Made by a program: the position numbers and the translations under genes. The notes under the pieces are model-generated. The model worked only from the letters and a program-made list of their open reading frames with translations. It made no database searches and was not told the DNA's origin. From assembly GCA_943704425.1 (NCBI GenBank), contig CALSCP010001441.1, positions 1 to 58,167 of the forward strand: 58,167 nucleotides of DNA. Direction: 5' to 3'. This document shows positions 1-12,918 of this stretch, piece after piece. Source of the stretch: Ministeria vibrans ATCC 50519 (taxonomy: Eukaryota > Protista > Filasterea). How positions within the stretch are numbered: position 1 is the first letter of the stretch; each line of letters opens with the position of its first letter.

Positions 1-27
1 TTATTATTATTATTCTTATTATTATTC

Positions 28-111
<84 letters not shown>

Positions 112-152
112 TTATTCTTATTCTTATTCTTATTATTCTTATTATTATTATT
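1..152. repeat. (TTA)n/(TTC) microsatellite, intronic
   Basis: Direct tandem TTA run ending just before the acceptor tttag at 171-175. Confidence 0.95.
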
Positions 153-175
153 CATTTTTGGTCGTGTTTGTTTAG

Positions 176-696
176 TATTCAGTGGTGTTTCGCTCGCGGT
201 ACAACCAGACGTTCAAGCGCGACGCGTGTCAGACTGCGCTGGGCCGACTGATTGTGGCGAATGGGAACCCCCACAAACACTCGGTCGCCCTCAAGGGTCC
301 CGATCGGGTCATTTCTGTGGAAGTCATGAAAGTAAGTGCACCGGCTTCTGACCACACCTGTCTTAGACTACTAAAACTGTGTTTTAGAACCACTGCTGCA
401 TTGGAGTGCTCAGCGACTATGATCGTCTGAAGCGTTACAACATCCAATTGATTGTGCATCCGGACCCGACTGTACCCTCGGTCGCACCGCACACTGAGCA
501 GCGCACACAGAGCAAGCGGGCGGCGCTGGCCGAGCGCAAGAGACGACGCGAGTTGGATTCTGACGAGGCATCGACCTCAGAAGAAGAAGAAGAAGAAGCA
601 GCAGCAGCAGCAGAAAAAGAAGGAGGAGGAGAAGAAGAGATAGCGGGAGAGGAAAATGGAGAGCGAGTGAGTGCAGTCGCAACTGAGACTGAGTGA
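176..696 (+). CDS. THUMPD1: THUMP domain protein 1 (Tan1-like), 3' partial; intron ~332-387
   Basis: Spliced YSVVFRSRYN...VISVEVMK|NHCCIGVLSDYDRLKRYNI resembles the THUMPD1 C-terminal THUMP region; acidic tail follows. Confidence 0.8.
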
Positions 697-778
697 GAAG
701 AGTGGATCGTCTGCTTTGTTCACTTCCCTTTGTTGTATATAATTATGATTGAATTTCGATTTATTTTAAAATGACAAA

Positions 779-3182
779 TTATAACTTGAGCCATTTGGGT
801 TTCTTGCGGTCTACACCAGAGACTGTGGAGAGCGTGGACTGTCGCGAGTGATGTTGTTGGTGGTGGTGTTGACTGGCGTGAGTATGGTTTGGGGGGCATT
901 CACTGTGCGAGGGAGTGAGGTGCGCCTGAGCGGCAGTGAGTGCCTGTGCTCCTGAGACCGTGTCGAGAGCAATGCTCTTGCGTGTAGTGGTGGGGGAGTG
1001 GGCATGTGTCGAGCACACAACGACTGCAGAGGGACACAGCCCCGCCGCATACAGCGACTGTGTTGTGTTGTTGGGAAGCACGGTACGAGGAGGTGTGATG
1101 CTCAGCTCAATGTCGCGTGTGTGCAAAACATTCTCGACGAATGTGTAGAGAGAGGAGAGCGGCTCGAGTGGACGAAAGTGTGCAATCACGCATACGTCCA
1201 GTTCGTGGAACGTCACTCGAACCACAGTCTAAATTTTTGAGAGAATGAAAGAGATCATGTGTGTTATGTGTATGTGTGGGAGATGAAGGGAAAAACAAAA
1301 AAAAACCAGAGAGTGAGCAAAGAATGAGTATAGGAGTGATTTCGTACCAGAGGGTACTTTTCTATCTTGTCAAGATGTTGCATTCGACGGAGTGCGCGTG
1401 TCATGAGAGGTTCATCCGTCTCCGTTGCGTCGCGCACAAACTTCTCGTGCAACACACGCAAATCTTTGGGAGTGACCTCAAAGAAGTCACTTGGTACATG
1501 TTCGTCTGTGGCGGACGCTGCACCGGACGATGACGCTGGGAGAGCGGTACGACGCGCTTGGAGGAACTCTGAGAGAGACACTTGAATGGCATTGCGGGGA
1601 CAGGGCTCACGCAGAAGCGCGGGTGCATTGTCGCGCAGGAAGGCGTCTGCTTCCGCGTCAACACCTTCTTGTCCGCGTTGCTTACTCGCAATGTCTGCCC
1701 GAGACCCCTATATGAGACAGAAAGAGAGGAGAGAAAAAATAAAATAAAGAGAAGGGTGTTTGTACAGGCGAATGCATGAGTGTGTGGGTGTGGTTGTCTT
1801 TTGTGTAGACATACCTTCACAACAGAGCCCGCTGACTGGGCGGGACCTTGGTGAAGTGCGCGAGCGGCAAGATTGCGTGCGGCGGTCACTTCCGACGACT
1901 CGGGCCATTCAAAGTCATCAAACTCGCCTGTGGTCACTGAGACGGGCGTGGGCACATCGACGGTAGGGTAGACTATTCTGGGAGACGGGCTGGGCTTGGG
2001 CCAGTCGAAGGAGCTGTACTCGTTGGCTGGAAGGCGAGAGGCCGGTGCGGGCTGCACTGCGGGTGGTGCTGTGATAGCGGTGGCGTCGGGAAACTGTTAA
2101 ACAGGAGTGGAAGGATGTGAGGTAAGGGAAGAGATAATTCTTTTTGCAGGCGTACGTCAAACGTCGCAAATTCGCTGCGTGCCATGCGCTGGGCGTGGGA
2201 CAGGGTCAGTATCTCTTCTTCGATTGGACCAGGTCCACTTATTGTTGTTGCTGTTGTTGTTGCTGTCGCGGGAGGAGCAGGAGCAGGAGCAGTAGTACTT
2301 GCATCATCTTGCGTGTCCATCATGGAGTTTGCCTCTGACTGATGTTGCTGTTGCTGTTGCTCTTGCTGTTGTTGTTGCTGTTGTTGTTGCTGTTGCTGTT
2401 GCTGTTGCTCTTGCTCTTGCTGTTGCTGTTGTGGTTGTGGTTGTGGTTGTTGTGGTTGTGACGTCGATTGGTGGTGCTCCACGATTTGGACTTGAAGCTG
2501 CTCTTGTCGAGCCAGTTCTTCGCTGACGGCACTTGCAACGTCGGCACGAGTGAGAGTGGACGGGACGAAGTTGACACGCAGAAGGACACGGCCGTCCGCA
2601 ATGCCAAGGGAGCGCAACGAGTGGGAGAGCAACTCGGTGACGCCGCCAACTTCGCGGCGTAGGTAGAGCACACGAGGTTGTAGCCAAAAGCCCGAGTCGG
2701 CGTCGAAACGGTCAAGCAGACTGGACTGGGCGAGAGAGAGCACCTTCCACAGGTTGAGTGTCGGCGACACTTGCAGCTCGACGCGGGCTCGAGTCGTCTC
2801 GTCCGACACACAGACGTTGACCAGCGTCGCTGTGCTTCGTTGCACACATGGCGTGAGTTCCAGACGACAGTTGTTCGGGAGTCCTGAGAACTGCAATGTG
2901 AGACTGAGATCAAGCAATTTCTTCCCGAACCTACAAAGTAAAAAAAAAAAAAAAAGACGAGTCAAATCACCGGCCATGGCAGACACTGTCGCAATCAGGT
3001 TCGCATGTGAGGCACACCGACACGCGTGAGAGAATGCGGTACTTTAAGCGATGAGCGGATGGGTCGAGTTTCAAAGTGGCACAGGCACGATCGCAAATCT
3101 CAAGGAGAGACACGGTGCGAGCCAGTTTCGACAGGCGGCATCGTCGACCGCCCGTGGGAGCCGTCACTTCGACTGAGTTCAT
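779..3182 (-). CDS. ASPSCR1: TUG/ASPSCR1 (UBXN9) UBX-domain p97 adaptor, multi-exon, with polyQ tract
   Basis: N-terminal UBL (KKLLDLSLTLQFSGLPNNCRLEL), PSDFFEVT...PLMTRALR motif, C-terminal UBX (VRVTF...AHFRPLE...TPPR...SLYAAGLCPSAVV), ends KPKWLKL. Confidence 0.88.
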
Positions 3183-3543
3183 TATAAGCTGACTTGGTAA
3201 TAAGTAATAATGATAAGAAAATAAATATTATTATTAGTTCACTCGTCGCACACAAATGAAAGTGTAATGCAATGAATAATAATACAATGCTTGATATTTA
3301 TTATGCGACCGCCATGGGCTAACCCCAAGAAGATCGAGCAACATCATAATATAATTTTATAATATTATGGGGGCTTAGTCTCTATTTCAGATCATCAAGT
3401 CCCAAGTAAGACTCGTGTGTCAGGTGCAGTGTTCTACGACTAGTCAGCTACGGAGGAAGTCACTGCTAGACATGGCTGATATATAGATAGTCTGGCGTCA
3501 GTCCGGCGTTGATGATACTGCTGGTGCCAGTCCCAAATCAACA

Positions 3544-4488
3544 TTACTTCTTGGCGTCCTCAATTAACGTGAGAAATTCCTCCACAATCTTGTCCACATC
3601 GGAAGAGGCGTGCACACGCGAGCGTGATGATTCGATCAAATCGCGACGTTGGCGACTGAGCAGTCGAGCATCATGATGGAGCGGAGAGGCACACATGACG
3701 GTGCGCATGACCTGACGCGTCCTTAAATCGAGTTGATGTAGTAGGCTTCCGGCGGAGATATCGCGCGACGCTTGCGACTGTGCACAATCCTTGGCATGCT
3801 GAACACGAGTGTGAGGTGGTTCCAAAAGAGCGCATTGGACCATTTGTTCGAGGGCCGTTACAACGGAAGGCAAGTCTCTGCTGTCCAACGGTGCCCCACC
3901 CGCCTCCTCGCTTGACACTCCCATAGTACCACGTGCTCCTTCATCTCCAGTGTCTACCACGGTCACAAAGCGATCGTGCGGTCGGCCCTTCGGACGGGGC
4001 TCTTCGAAGACACTCGAAATGTGGCGCATCACTGGGTCGCGGACGCGAGCCTTGCCACTGCGCCTTGCGTTTCGACACAGTGCGACGTCCACGGGACAAC
4101 GGCAATAGAGCACGGCAAACGACACCTGGGCGTCGCGCGCTATCACATACGCGTCGTGGCGCATCGACGAGAGATGAGCCGTATCGTCGAGCATCAGCAG
4201 TGTCGGTGACGCCTCCTCACCCCGCCCGCGAGCAACTGCAGCCGCCTCCGCCGCCTTCGCCTGCTCGACTCTGTCACGGATCACAGCAAGACGCGCCTCG
4301 CGATACGATTGGCCCGTCGCTGCATCAACTAGCACTGCTGTGCTTTCGCCATCCCACTCTGCGCCCCCTTGTGCCTCGTCCATCTCAACCCAGATCAGAT
4401 TGAGTGCAGTCGCATCATACTTGGCAAGACGCGCACACAGCGACGACTTGCCACTGCCCGGGAGGCCACACAGTGAAACCAATATCAT
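3544..4488 (-). CDS. PSTK: L-seryl-tRNA(Sec) kinase, intronless
   Basis: LCGLPGSGKS P-loop, LLMLDDTAHLSSMR, ALCRNARR, LHQLDLRTR motifs typical of PSTK. Confidence 0.8.
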   Translation of the reverse strand: MILVSLCGLPGSGKSSLCARLAKYDATALNLIWVEMDEAQGGAEWDGESTAVLVDAATGQSYREARLAVIRDRVEQAKAAEAAAVARGRGEEASPTLLMLDDTAHLSSMRHDAYVIARDAQVSFAVLYCRCPVDVALCRNARRSGKARVRDPVMRHISSVFEEPRPKGRPHDRFVTVVDTGDEGARGTMGVSSEEAGGAPLDSRDLPSVVTALEQMVQCALLEPPHTRVQHAKDCAQSQASRDISAGSLLHQLDLRTRQVMRTVMCASPLHHDARLLSRQRRDLIESSRSRVHASSDVDKIVEEFLTLIEDAKK

Positions 4489-4749
4489 GCAGCGAGAAAG
4501 ATCAAAAAAGTGGACTGACTAAATTTCTGAGAAGGGGTCAAAGTTCAAACGGAACGCAACGAAACCACAACGAAATAATAATCTTGGAAACTCGAAGAAA
4601 CGACGATAGAGGCGGTTCTCCATGGAGGGGTTCGGTTCGGAAGACAACCGTCCGCTGCCAGACGAGCCGAGGGCGTCGGGAGGTGCGCGAGAGCGATGAG
4701 AGGAGGGAAGCCGTGTAAGAAAAAAAAATGAATTCTAAACGTTTACTTC

Positions 4750-5288
4750 TCAGTCCTCATAGACGTTTTGACGGGTCGCCAAAACAGTACAGATGGCAGT
4801 GCCGCCATTGGCCATGTAGGCGTTGCCAATCACGACGTCGGTGGTGCCTGAGTTGTGGAACATGCAGGTGCTGGTCTCTCCATCGGCACGCACCGCCTTC
4901 ACCTGGACAATGGTGCCGGCAGTCTCGGTGATGGCGGACGTCAGGGGCGTCGCCGGCGTGTACTCGCCCCCGTTGGCGCCCGCCTGCGCCGCAGCGATGT
5001 CAATCGACACAAACTTGACGGTGCTCGAGAGGTCCGTGACCTTAACGCGCTTCATCGAATTCACCGTGCTCGACTCGGCCGTCGTCGACACTGCCAGCGT
5101 CGTGCAGTACGCTTCCAGGCTACGCAGGTGGTGGTTTCACGCACACGTTCAAAAAGAGACAGTGAGAAAAAAAAAAAAAAAAAGAAAAAAGAAGGAAAAG
5201 AAAGAGAAGCTCACCGGCATCGGGTCGTGCCAGTCTTCACAGCAGATGCCGAGAGTGCAAATAGAGCAACAAGAAGGAAGAGCTTCAT
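4750..5288 (-). CDS. Small secreted protein of unknown function (2 exons: 5288-5215, 5119-4750)
   Basis: Signal peptide MKLFLLVALFALSASA; in-frame GT-AG intron; GC3-rich codons; 4 Cys. Confidence 0.8.
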
Positions 5289-5819
5289 ACTAATATTTTT
5301 AGAGGTGCACAAAAATGATAAATAATATTAAATAATAATTATAATAATATTCTTAAAAATTTATCAGATTTTAAAAAAAATTCACTTGCCACAAATAATA
5401 CACATCGAGATCACAAACGCTCGCTTCCACGTGAACTAGGCGTCCATCCGAGTGATCCAACCATCCCCACATTCCCCACTGACTTATAGTTCTTAGAGCA
5501 AAGTCATATAGGAGCTGAGCGCACAACCTTCAATTGATTTATTATAATAGATTTAGTGACATGATAATACTACTTTCACTTTCAGTATGTCATGGGTGTA
5601 CGATACACATTACACACACAGACCACACTCGCCACAGTGAGTGAGTGACATACAGTCATACATGACACAGTCACACACATTGACAAATGACTCGCATGTT
5701 TCTACACTTTCTTTCTTGTAACTAAGTAACTTGTTCAAGCATTCAATATTCATCACTCATCACTCATCACTCATCAAAGTTCAAACATCATTCAATTATT
5801 AAATATTCCATTTCCTCGC

Positions 5820-6773
5820 ATGATTCGACTGTATCACTCTGTCGCTCGAAGTTTGGTTGGAACACGCGTGTGTCGGCGTGTGTTCTCATCCCAAGTAATA
5901 GGATAGATCTGCATGTTCGTCTGTTCGCTTCTGACTTTGCCCTTGCTGTTTCAGACGGCCGTGTTCGACGAGGCTGCCAAGCGTCGACAGAGAGATCGTG
6001 CAGCTGCCAACGTGGAGCTCTCACGAAAGTGTGATTATGTCAAAGGTCAGAAAGATAAAAATGCGATCGCTCTCATCGTTTCAGTGTGTGTCGTTTAGAC
6101 GAGGTTGCCGCGCGTGTGGTCGATCGCCTTCATGACATCAAGCGAGATTTTCCACGTGTCCTTGACCTGGGCAGCGGCGCCGGACACATTTGCAAGCATT
6201 TGACGAACGACAAGACACAACACTTAACCATGTTGGATGTGTCGCAGACTATGCTCGACCGAGACGCTCGTTTGCCGCCACAGCTTGCACCCGAGCTGGT
6301 CGACGACGGATACGAGCCAGTGCCAACCATTGAACGGGTCGTGTGGAGCGCACACTCGCGCGACACCTCAACAGTACTTCCCTTTGAGACCAACTCCTTT
6401 GATGCGGTGGTGAGCTCGCTCGCCCTTCATTGGATCAACGATTTGCCTGGCGCCCTCTGCGAAATCAACCGTGTTCTCAAGGTACGCAAGCTCGAACTGG
6501 AACGAAGGGAGGGGGGGAAACTCAATGATCAACGACGTCTCTCTCTACACCAGCCCGACGGAGTCCTCGTGGCTACCATGTTTGGCGCAGACACTCTCTA
6601 CGAACTGCGCTGCTCTCTCCAGGTTGCCGAGCAGGAGCGACAGGGCGGAATCAGTCCACACATTTCCCCATTTACCGGTATGCTCCATCAACGTTATGTG
6701 TGTATAAGTGTGAGCGAATGTTTGAGCGTATGTGTATGCGTGTGTATGCGTGTGTATGCGTGTGTGTATGTGT

Positions 6774-6855
<82 letters not shown>

Positions 6856-7364
6856 GTCTGTGGGTGTGTGTGTGTGTGCTTGTGATTGCCTGTGACTTTA
6901 ATGTGTCATCTTGTGCCTTTTGTGTTGCAGATGTACGCGACGTGGGCGACGTATTGGGCCACGCAGGGTTCCATTTGACGACAGTGGATGTGGACTCGCT
7001 GACAGTGCACTACCCATCGGCCATTGAGCTGATGCATGATATCCGTGCAATGGGCGAGAGCAACGCCGCTTGGTACACAAACTAATTGTATGCACACACA
7101 ATCACACAGACACCTTGTTGTTGTTTGAATAGGCGACGACCCAACGTACTGCATCGTGACGTGCTGACGGCTGCCGCTGCTGTTTACACCGCCCTCTACT
7201 CTGTCCCTGCACCCGACCTGGCCGGCAGCGACGACTCCCAATGTGTCCCCGCTACATTCAACTTTGTCAACATGATTGGTTGGAAGCACCATGAGTCACA
7301 ACCGAAACCAAAGCCGAGGGGCTCAGGCACTGCAAAGCTTGGCGATGTGCCACCCGCAGCGTAA
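5820..7364 (+). CDS. NDUFAF5: Mitochondrial complex I assembly factor / arginine hydroxylase (SAM-methyltransferase fold)
   Basis: Transit peptide, VFDEAAKRRQRDRAA, DYVKDEVAARVVDRLHDIKRDFP, LDLGSGAG, SSLALHWINDLPG, TLYELRCSLQVAEQERQGGISPHISPF. Confidence 0.93.
6776..6850. repeat. (CT)n microsatellite in NDUFAF5 intron
   Basis: Direct observation. Confidence 0.95.
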
Positions 7365-7662
7365 ACAATTGTAACTCCCTGTAGAAGAAAATTGTGTGTG
7401 AAATACATACTCAAAAATATATATGACAAGTTCCTCCTGTTCATCCGCTGTCTATCATGACACCTGTCTGGTCATCAGCGCTGGCCTGCCTTTTGCTCAA
7501 TGCTTCTATAGAATAGAAATTAGAATACATTTCTCGGTTATTTGTGTTGTCGCTTGATTGAGATATGAATAATTTTGAGAGAGGAGTTGAGTGAGTGATC
7601 ACAGAACACTTCAAATAATTCTATTGACAGCTCACTAAATTCACTTTTTCTAGTTGTTTTGA

Positions 7663-10600
7663 ATGTGGAAATCACTATTCGGTGCAAGCGATGGTCTGTC
7701 CGACTTTGTCGGCAAGAATATCGAATTGGGACCGCACAGGCTCACAGTCCACAAAAAAATCGCAGAAGGTAAAAAAAAAAAAAAAAAAAAAGAAAGTCGA
7801 GACGTAGCAAGGGCAAGAAGGGTGCGTTGGCCAAGGGTGGCGACGCGCAGAAGATGCCAGAAATGAGCTGTTTTGAGGGTTGGGAGTCACGGGGAAGACT
7901 TTAGACTGACGCAGGGTGTTTTGTGTGCGACATTGTAGGAGGGTACGCCTTCGTGTTTGTGGCGCATGACGCGCAGGGGCGACAGTATGCGCTCAAGCGT
8001 CTCATCATTGCCGACAAGGAACGCCTGCGCAACGCCAAGCGCGAAGTCCGCATTGCCGTAAGCCATGTGCCCTCTGCGCCCCTTTGTGATGCGGTTCCCC
8101 GCCCCCCTCCACCCCCTGCCGCACTCGCCGTCCCACAATGAGACGCACAACACGCACTTTCACGATCACGAATTTCACGCGCTTCTTCTCTGTCCTTTGT
8201 TGTGTCGCAGAAAGCGGTGTCGGGCCACGCCAATGTCGTCCGCTTCATCGAGTCGGCTGCCATTGCGGCACGCGAGAGTGCCCACAAGAACGCCGAGGTG
8301 CTGCTCCTGATGGAACTGTGTCCGGGTGGCGAACTCATCGACGTGATGAGTCAGAAACAGACTCAGCCGGGCGCCAGCGGATTCTCACGATGGCAAATCC
8401 TTCGTCTCTTCACCCAGCTGTGCCGTGCCGTCGAGCATCTCCATCTGCTCTCTCCACCCGTCATCCATCGCGACCTCAAGATCCAAAACGTCCTTGTCGA
8501 CCTTGATGGCTGCATTAAACTCTGCGACTTTGGCTCCGCCACAATCGAAGCCACAGTCATTGAGGAGGGTCAACACACCGCTCTCATTGAAGAGGTATAT
8601 ATATAATTATATCCATTTCTTCTGCAAAAAAAAAAAAAAGAAGAAAAAAAGAAACAAAAAAAACCCATGTCTGCTGACCACACTGGGACATTTGTAGGAA
8701 ATTCAAGCCAACACAACCCCACAATTCCGCTCACCCGAAATGGTCGACATGTACGCTCGCCACACTATCGACACTCGTAGCGACATCTGGGCGCTTGGTT
8801 GTGTGCTCTACCAGCTCTGCTTTGGTGCCATGCCCTTTCAAGAAGGCGCCAAGCTGCAGATTCTCAACGGCAAATACAATCTTCCCCACGAGTCGACGCC
8901 CCAGCCTATTGTCGACGATCTTTCCATATTCTTCCCTCTTATTCGTACGCCAGAATCATCTTTTGTATGGGTATGCGATGTATGTGTGTCTGACCCTTCG
9001 TGCCATTAGAATCCCTGTTGCAAGTGGACCCTGCCTCTCGGCCCACCGTAAGTGATGTGCTCGACACACTTGAGCGCCTATTCAACGCAATCGGACCAGA
9101 TCCAGTCAAAGTGGTAATAATTGAGAGGATTGGTGTACTGTACTGCCTTTTTTTTTTTTTTTTTTTGTCGATTTATTATACGTCGCGGTGTAGGAGACGC
9201 GGGGCGTCGACCGTGGCCTAATGGACCTGAGCGACGACGAACTGGCGGCCTTTGCGCGGTCGATTGCAGACGAAGAGGGTCACGTTATGGCTGGCCACCA
9301 TACGTCGTCGTCGGTGGCAGGCGTGGCGGGGGCGGTCGGGGCCAAGGCGCACCAGCTGCTGTCAGGCCTGGGGTCGCGCATGTCTGGCTTTGTCAGCAAT
9401 GTCAAGGACAAGTCTACAAAGATGATTCGCACTGCAGTTGCTGGAAGGTATTAACACTAAGAACAATAGTAACAATGACAATAATATCAATGACAATAAT
9501 ATCAATGACAATGTAATTGCAATATCAATATAATTGCTATAGCAATAATAACAATAACAATAACACAAAAGGTTATTATTATTATACTTATGACCAACAC
9601 CTGTATAAAGTTGCAATTCATCATACCTGGTTTAAAATAACGCCGATTACTGTGCATTTTATGTGGCCACAAATGAGACCTGGATATTCTTTGGTCGCCG
9701 TGATGTCAACGTTTGATGTATTTTGACTGGGAAATAGCGCTCTTTCCAAAAATTAACATAGAAACCGGCACACACAATAAAACAATTACCTATTATTATT
9801 TTAGTGAGACAGTGCGCCAAGCAAGCGAACGGTACAATGTGGACGTGAGCTACATCACGTCGCGTGTGCTTGCCATGTCCTTTCCTGCTGACGGTGGTCT
9901 TGAGCATTACCGAAACAATCTTGACGAAGTCCGCATCCTCTTCTCTTACCTTTTCCTCTTCTTACTCGTCGTTTTGTTCTCGTTTTGTTCTTTCTCTCTT
10001 CTTTGTCTAGGTCAAAGAGTTCCTGTTGGACAAACACCCGAACCATTCTCTGATTATCAATGTTTCTCCCAAATCATACGACATTGCCAAGTTCAACAAC
10101 AGAGTAAAAAAAAAAAAAAAAAAATCAATCAATCAATCAATCAATCATATTCGGACACTCTTATACTCGTCTATACCGTAGGTCGTTGAGCTGCTCTGGC
10201 CGGAGCACCATGCGGCGCCACTGCACATGCTGCTTGAGGCGTGTCGTGCCATGGACGCATTCCTCAGGAAAGACCGAAAGAACGTCGTCCTTGTGCACTG
10301 TCTGGTACTTGAGAGACCCCCCTCATTCACACTCTCCCTCCTCACACCCTCTCAATTATTCTTGCAGACGGGACGGCAGAGCACCGCCATGGTTATTGTC
10401 GCCTACTTTTTGTACTGCAACCTCTTTGATGATGTCAAGGGGGCATTGCGGCTCTTTGAGGCGCATCGACTGCGCCATCGTGGCCAGTTTCATCTTGAGC
10501 CGTCGCAACAGCGCGTGATTGACTATTTCCAGGTGATGCTTGCGGGTGTGACCCCCGCGCCTCAAATGGTCCACCTTGCCGGACTACAATGTAACACTGT

Positions 10601-12654
10601 GCCGCTCTGCGACACTATGAAGACGGGCTGTCGTCCCTACGTTGAAGTGTATCAGGGCTCGCGTCTTGTACTTTCGACCCGTCCCGAGCACCCCGATGAG
10701 GCACCGCTGCTGGTGGCGCTCTATCAGCCCGATGGAATGCGTCTGCCGGTGGGTGTCGACATCCACGCCGACTGCACTGTCGTCGTGCTGCACGCACAAG
10801 TTATCATGAACAAGGTCAGGCCCGTGCCCATCTTCCGCTTCCAGTTGCACGCTGGCTTTGTCAATGGTCCTGTCGAACTCTGCAAGGCTGACCTCGACAT
10901 TGCGCACGCGTCGCGCATTGTCTCCGACGACTTCACCGTCCACCTTGAGACTTCCGTGCGTCCCTGTTCGCCATCGTCGGCCGACGCCGACCTGGTCTCT
11001 GCTGGGCCCCTTTCTGTGCCCAAAGACTCGGAACACTGCCGTCTTACCTGCTTCTCTTCCAACGAAGAAGCAGACGACCTTTTGGCACTCATTCGCCATT
11101 CGCCCTCGACCCGCGTCTCCGATGTGCCCCTTCCCTCGCAAGAGGTTCCCGTAGAAACACCACAGGCGCAGAGCACGCCCAACGAACAACCTGACACAGG
11201 GGCGCAGACCACAGCGACCGCTCCCATCGACGATGACGTGGATCTCTTGGGTCTAATGGAGGACGTCTCTGTCGCCGAACCCCTCCCCAAGCCCGCCACC
11301 ACCCCTACCATCACACCTAATCCTGCACCCGCACCCCTCATCGACGACTTTTTCTCCTCTTCAAGCCCCACCACCTCCACCGCACAAGCGCCGTCTCCAT
11401 CGCTCCTTGATGCCTTTGCTTCCCCGCCAATCATCGGCGTCTCTCCGCCGCAACAACAACAGCCTCCTCAGCAGCCCAAGACTGCCGATGATCTTTTTGA
11501 TCTCTTTGCGCCTGCTTCCAGCGCATCTCTCAACAACGGCAGCAGTAACAGCAGCAACAGCGGTATGAACATGAACATGAACCTGAATGGTGGCGGATTC
11601 TTTGCCCAGGCGGCTAGCTCGTCCTCCGCTCAGTACCACGCCGGCTCCTCCAAGAGTGTCGGCGGCACCCCACTTTCGCGTTCGCACACCTCCTCCCCCG
11701 TATTTGGGCTTCAAGGGCAGCAGCAGCAGCCCATGATGAGCGGCAGTGCTTCGGGTCTCAACATGGGGCGGCAGCAGCAGCCACAGGGCAGTCGTAGCGG
11801 CGCAACCACTACCATGAACGGCACCCCACGCGCCACTACCCCGAGTGTTGCCTCATCCGACCCCTTTGGCGCCTTTGGCTTTGGCAGCACCGCCGCCTCT
11901 CAGCAGCCCTCGACCATGGGTGCCCGTTCCCAACCACAGCGCACAGTCCCTCCTGCAACGACCAGTGCGCGTCCTTCGCCGCTTAGTCAGCAGCCCAACT
12001 ACTACGGTGGTGGCATGCCCCCAAAGCAACCACAACAACAACCGCAACCGCAACCGCAAGTAAATGCGTCTGGGAACAAACCGCGTGCGGTGCGTAGTGC
12101 AAGTGCACAGCCATCATCTTCGCGCCCGTCTCCCAAGCCCTCCTCCACAACCGGGACGCCCCCTGCCGCCTCGTCCGGCTTTGGCTTTGATGATCTCCTT
12201 CAGCAGCAGGGCTTCACGTCGTCTTCCGCCCAACAGACGCCGGGTACGCTCAAGGACATGCTCATGAACGAGAAGCGCAAGGCAAACGCAGACGATCCCG
12301 AAGCAATGGAGAAACTCAGAGTAAGGCCATAAAATAAAGTAATAAATAAATATAAAGACGTTTATGTTTTTTTTTTTGTTTCAGGTTGAAGAGTGGATAT
12401 CGGGCAAAGAGAACAACATTCGAGCGCTGCTGTCGACGCTGCACGAGATTGTGTGGGAGGACAGCGGGTGGACACAGCTGGGCATGCACGACCTGGTGAA
12501 CCCCGGACAGGTCAAGAAGCAGTACTTCAAGGCGGCGCTTGTGGTCCACCCCGACAAGACCACCAAGACACCGTACGAGTCCCTTGCCAAGCGCATCTTC
12601 ATGGAGCTTAATGATGCCTTTAAGGCTTTCCGTCAGAGCGGTCAACTCGATTGA
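7663..12654 (+). CDS. GAK: Cyclin G-associated kinase/auxilin: NAK kinase + PTEN-like + C2 + disordered clathrin-binding region + J domain
   Basis: [42 protein letters not shown]; [18 protein letters not shown]; VHCL|TGRQST; [11 protein letters not shown]; DLLGL/DPF motifs; NIRALLSTL...LVVHPDK. Confidence 0.95.
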
Positions 12655-12918
12655 GCGTAGTGTTTGAAATGGATTTTATTATCTAATAAATAATAGAAGA
12701 AGAATACAACCCATTTATTAATGATACAGTCACCACGCGAAGACACAGCCAGACCGCCTTGCAAACTCGACAATAAATAATAAAGTGAATCAACGAATCA
12801 ATACTATTCTTTTGAGAGCGACAGAGCGTATTAGAGCTCAATGTCTACGGAGTGTGGACGTCTCCTTGCAACATTACGATTATTGATTTATGATTACTTT
12901 TTTTTAGTTGTTTCTGGC

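Noticed and set aside
3314-3382. Imperfect hairpin between the TUG start and PSTK end
   Set aside because: Mostly AT-rich short pairing; no recognisable RNA family or target-site duplication
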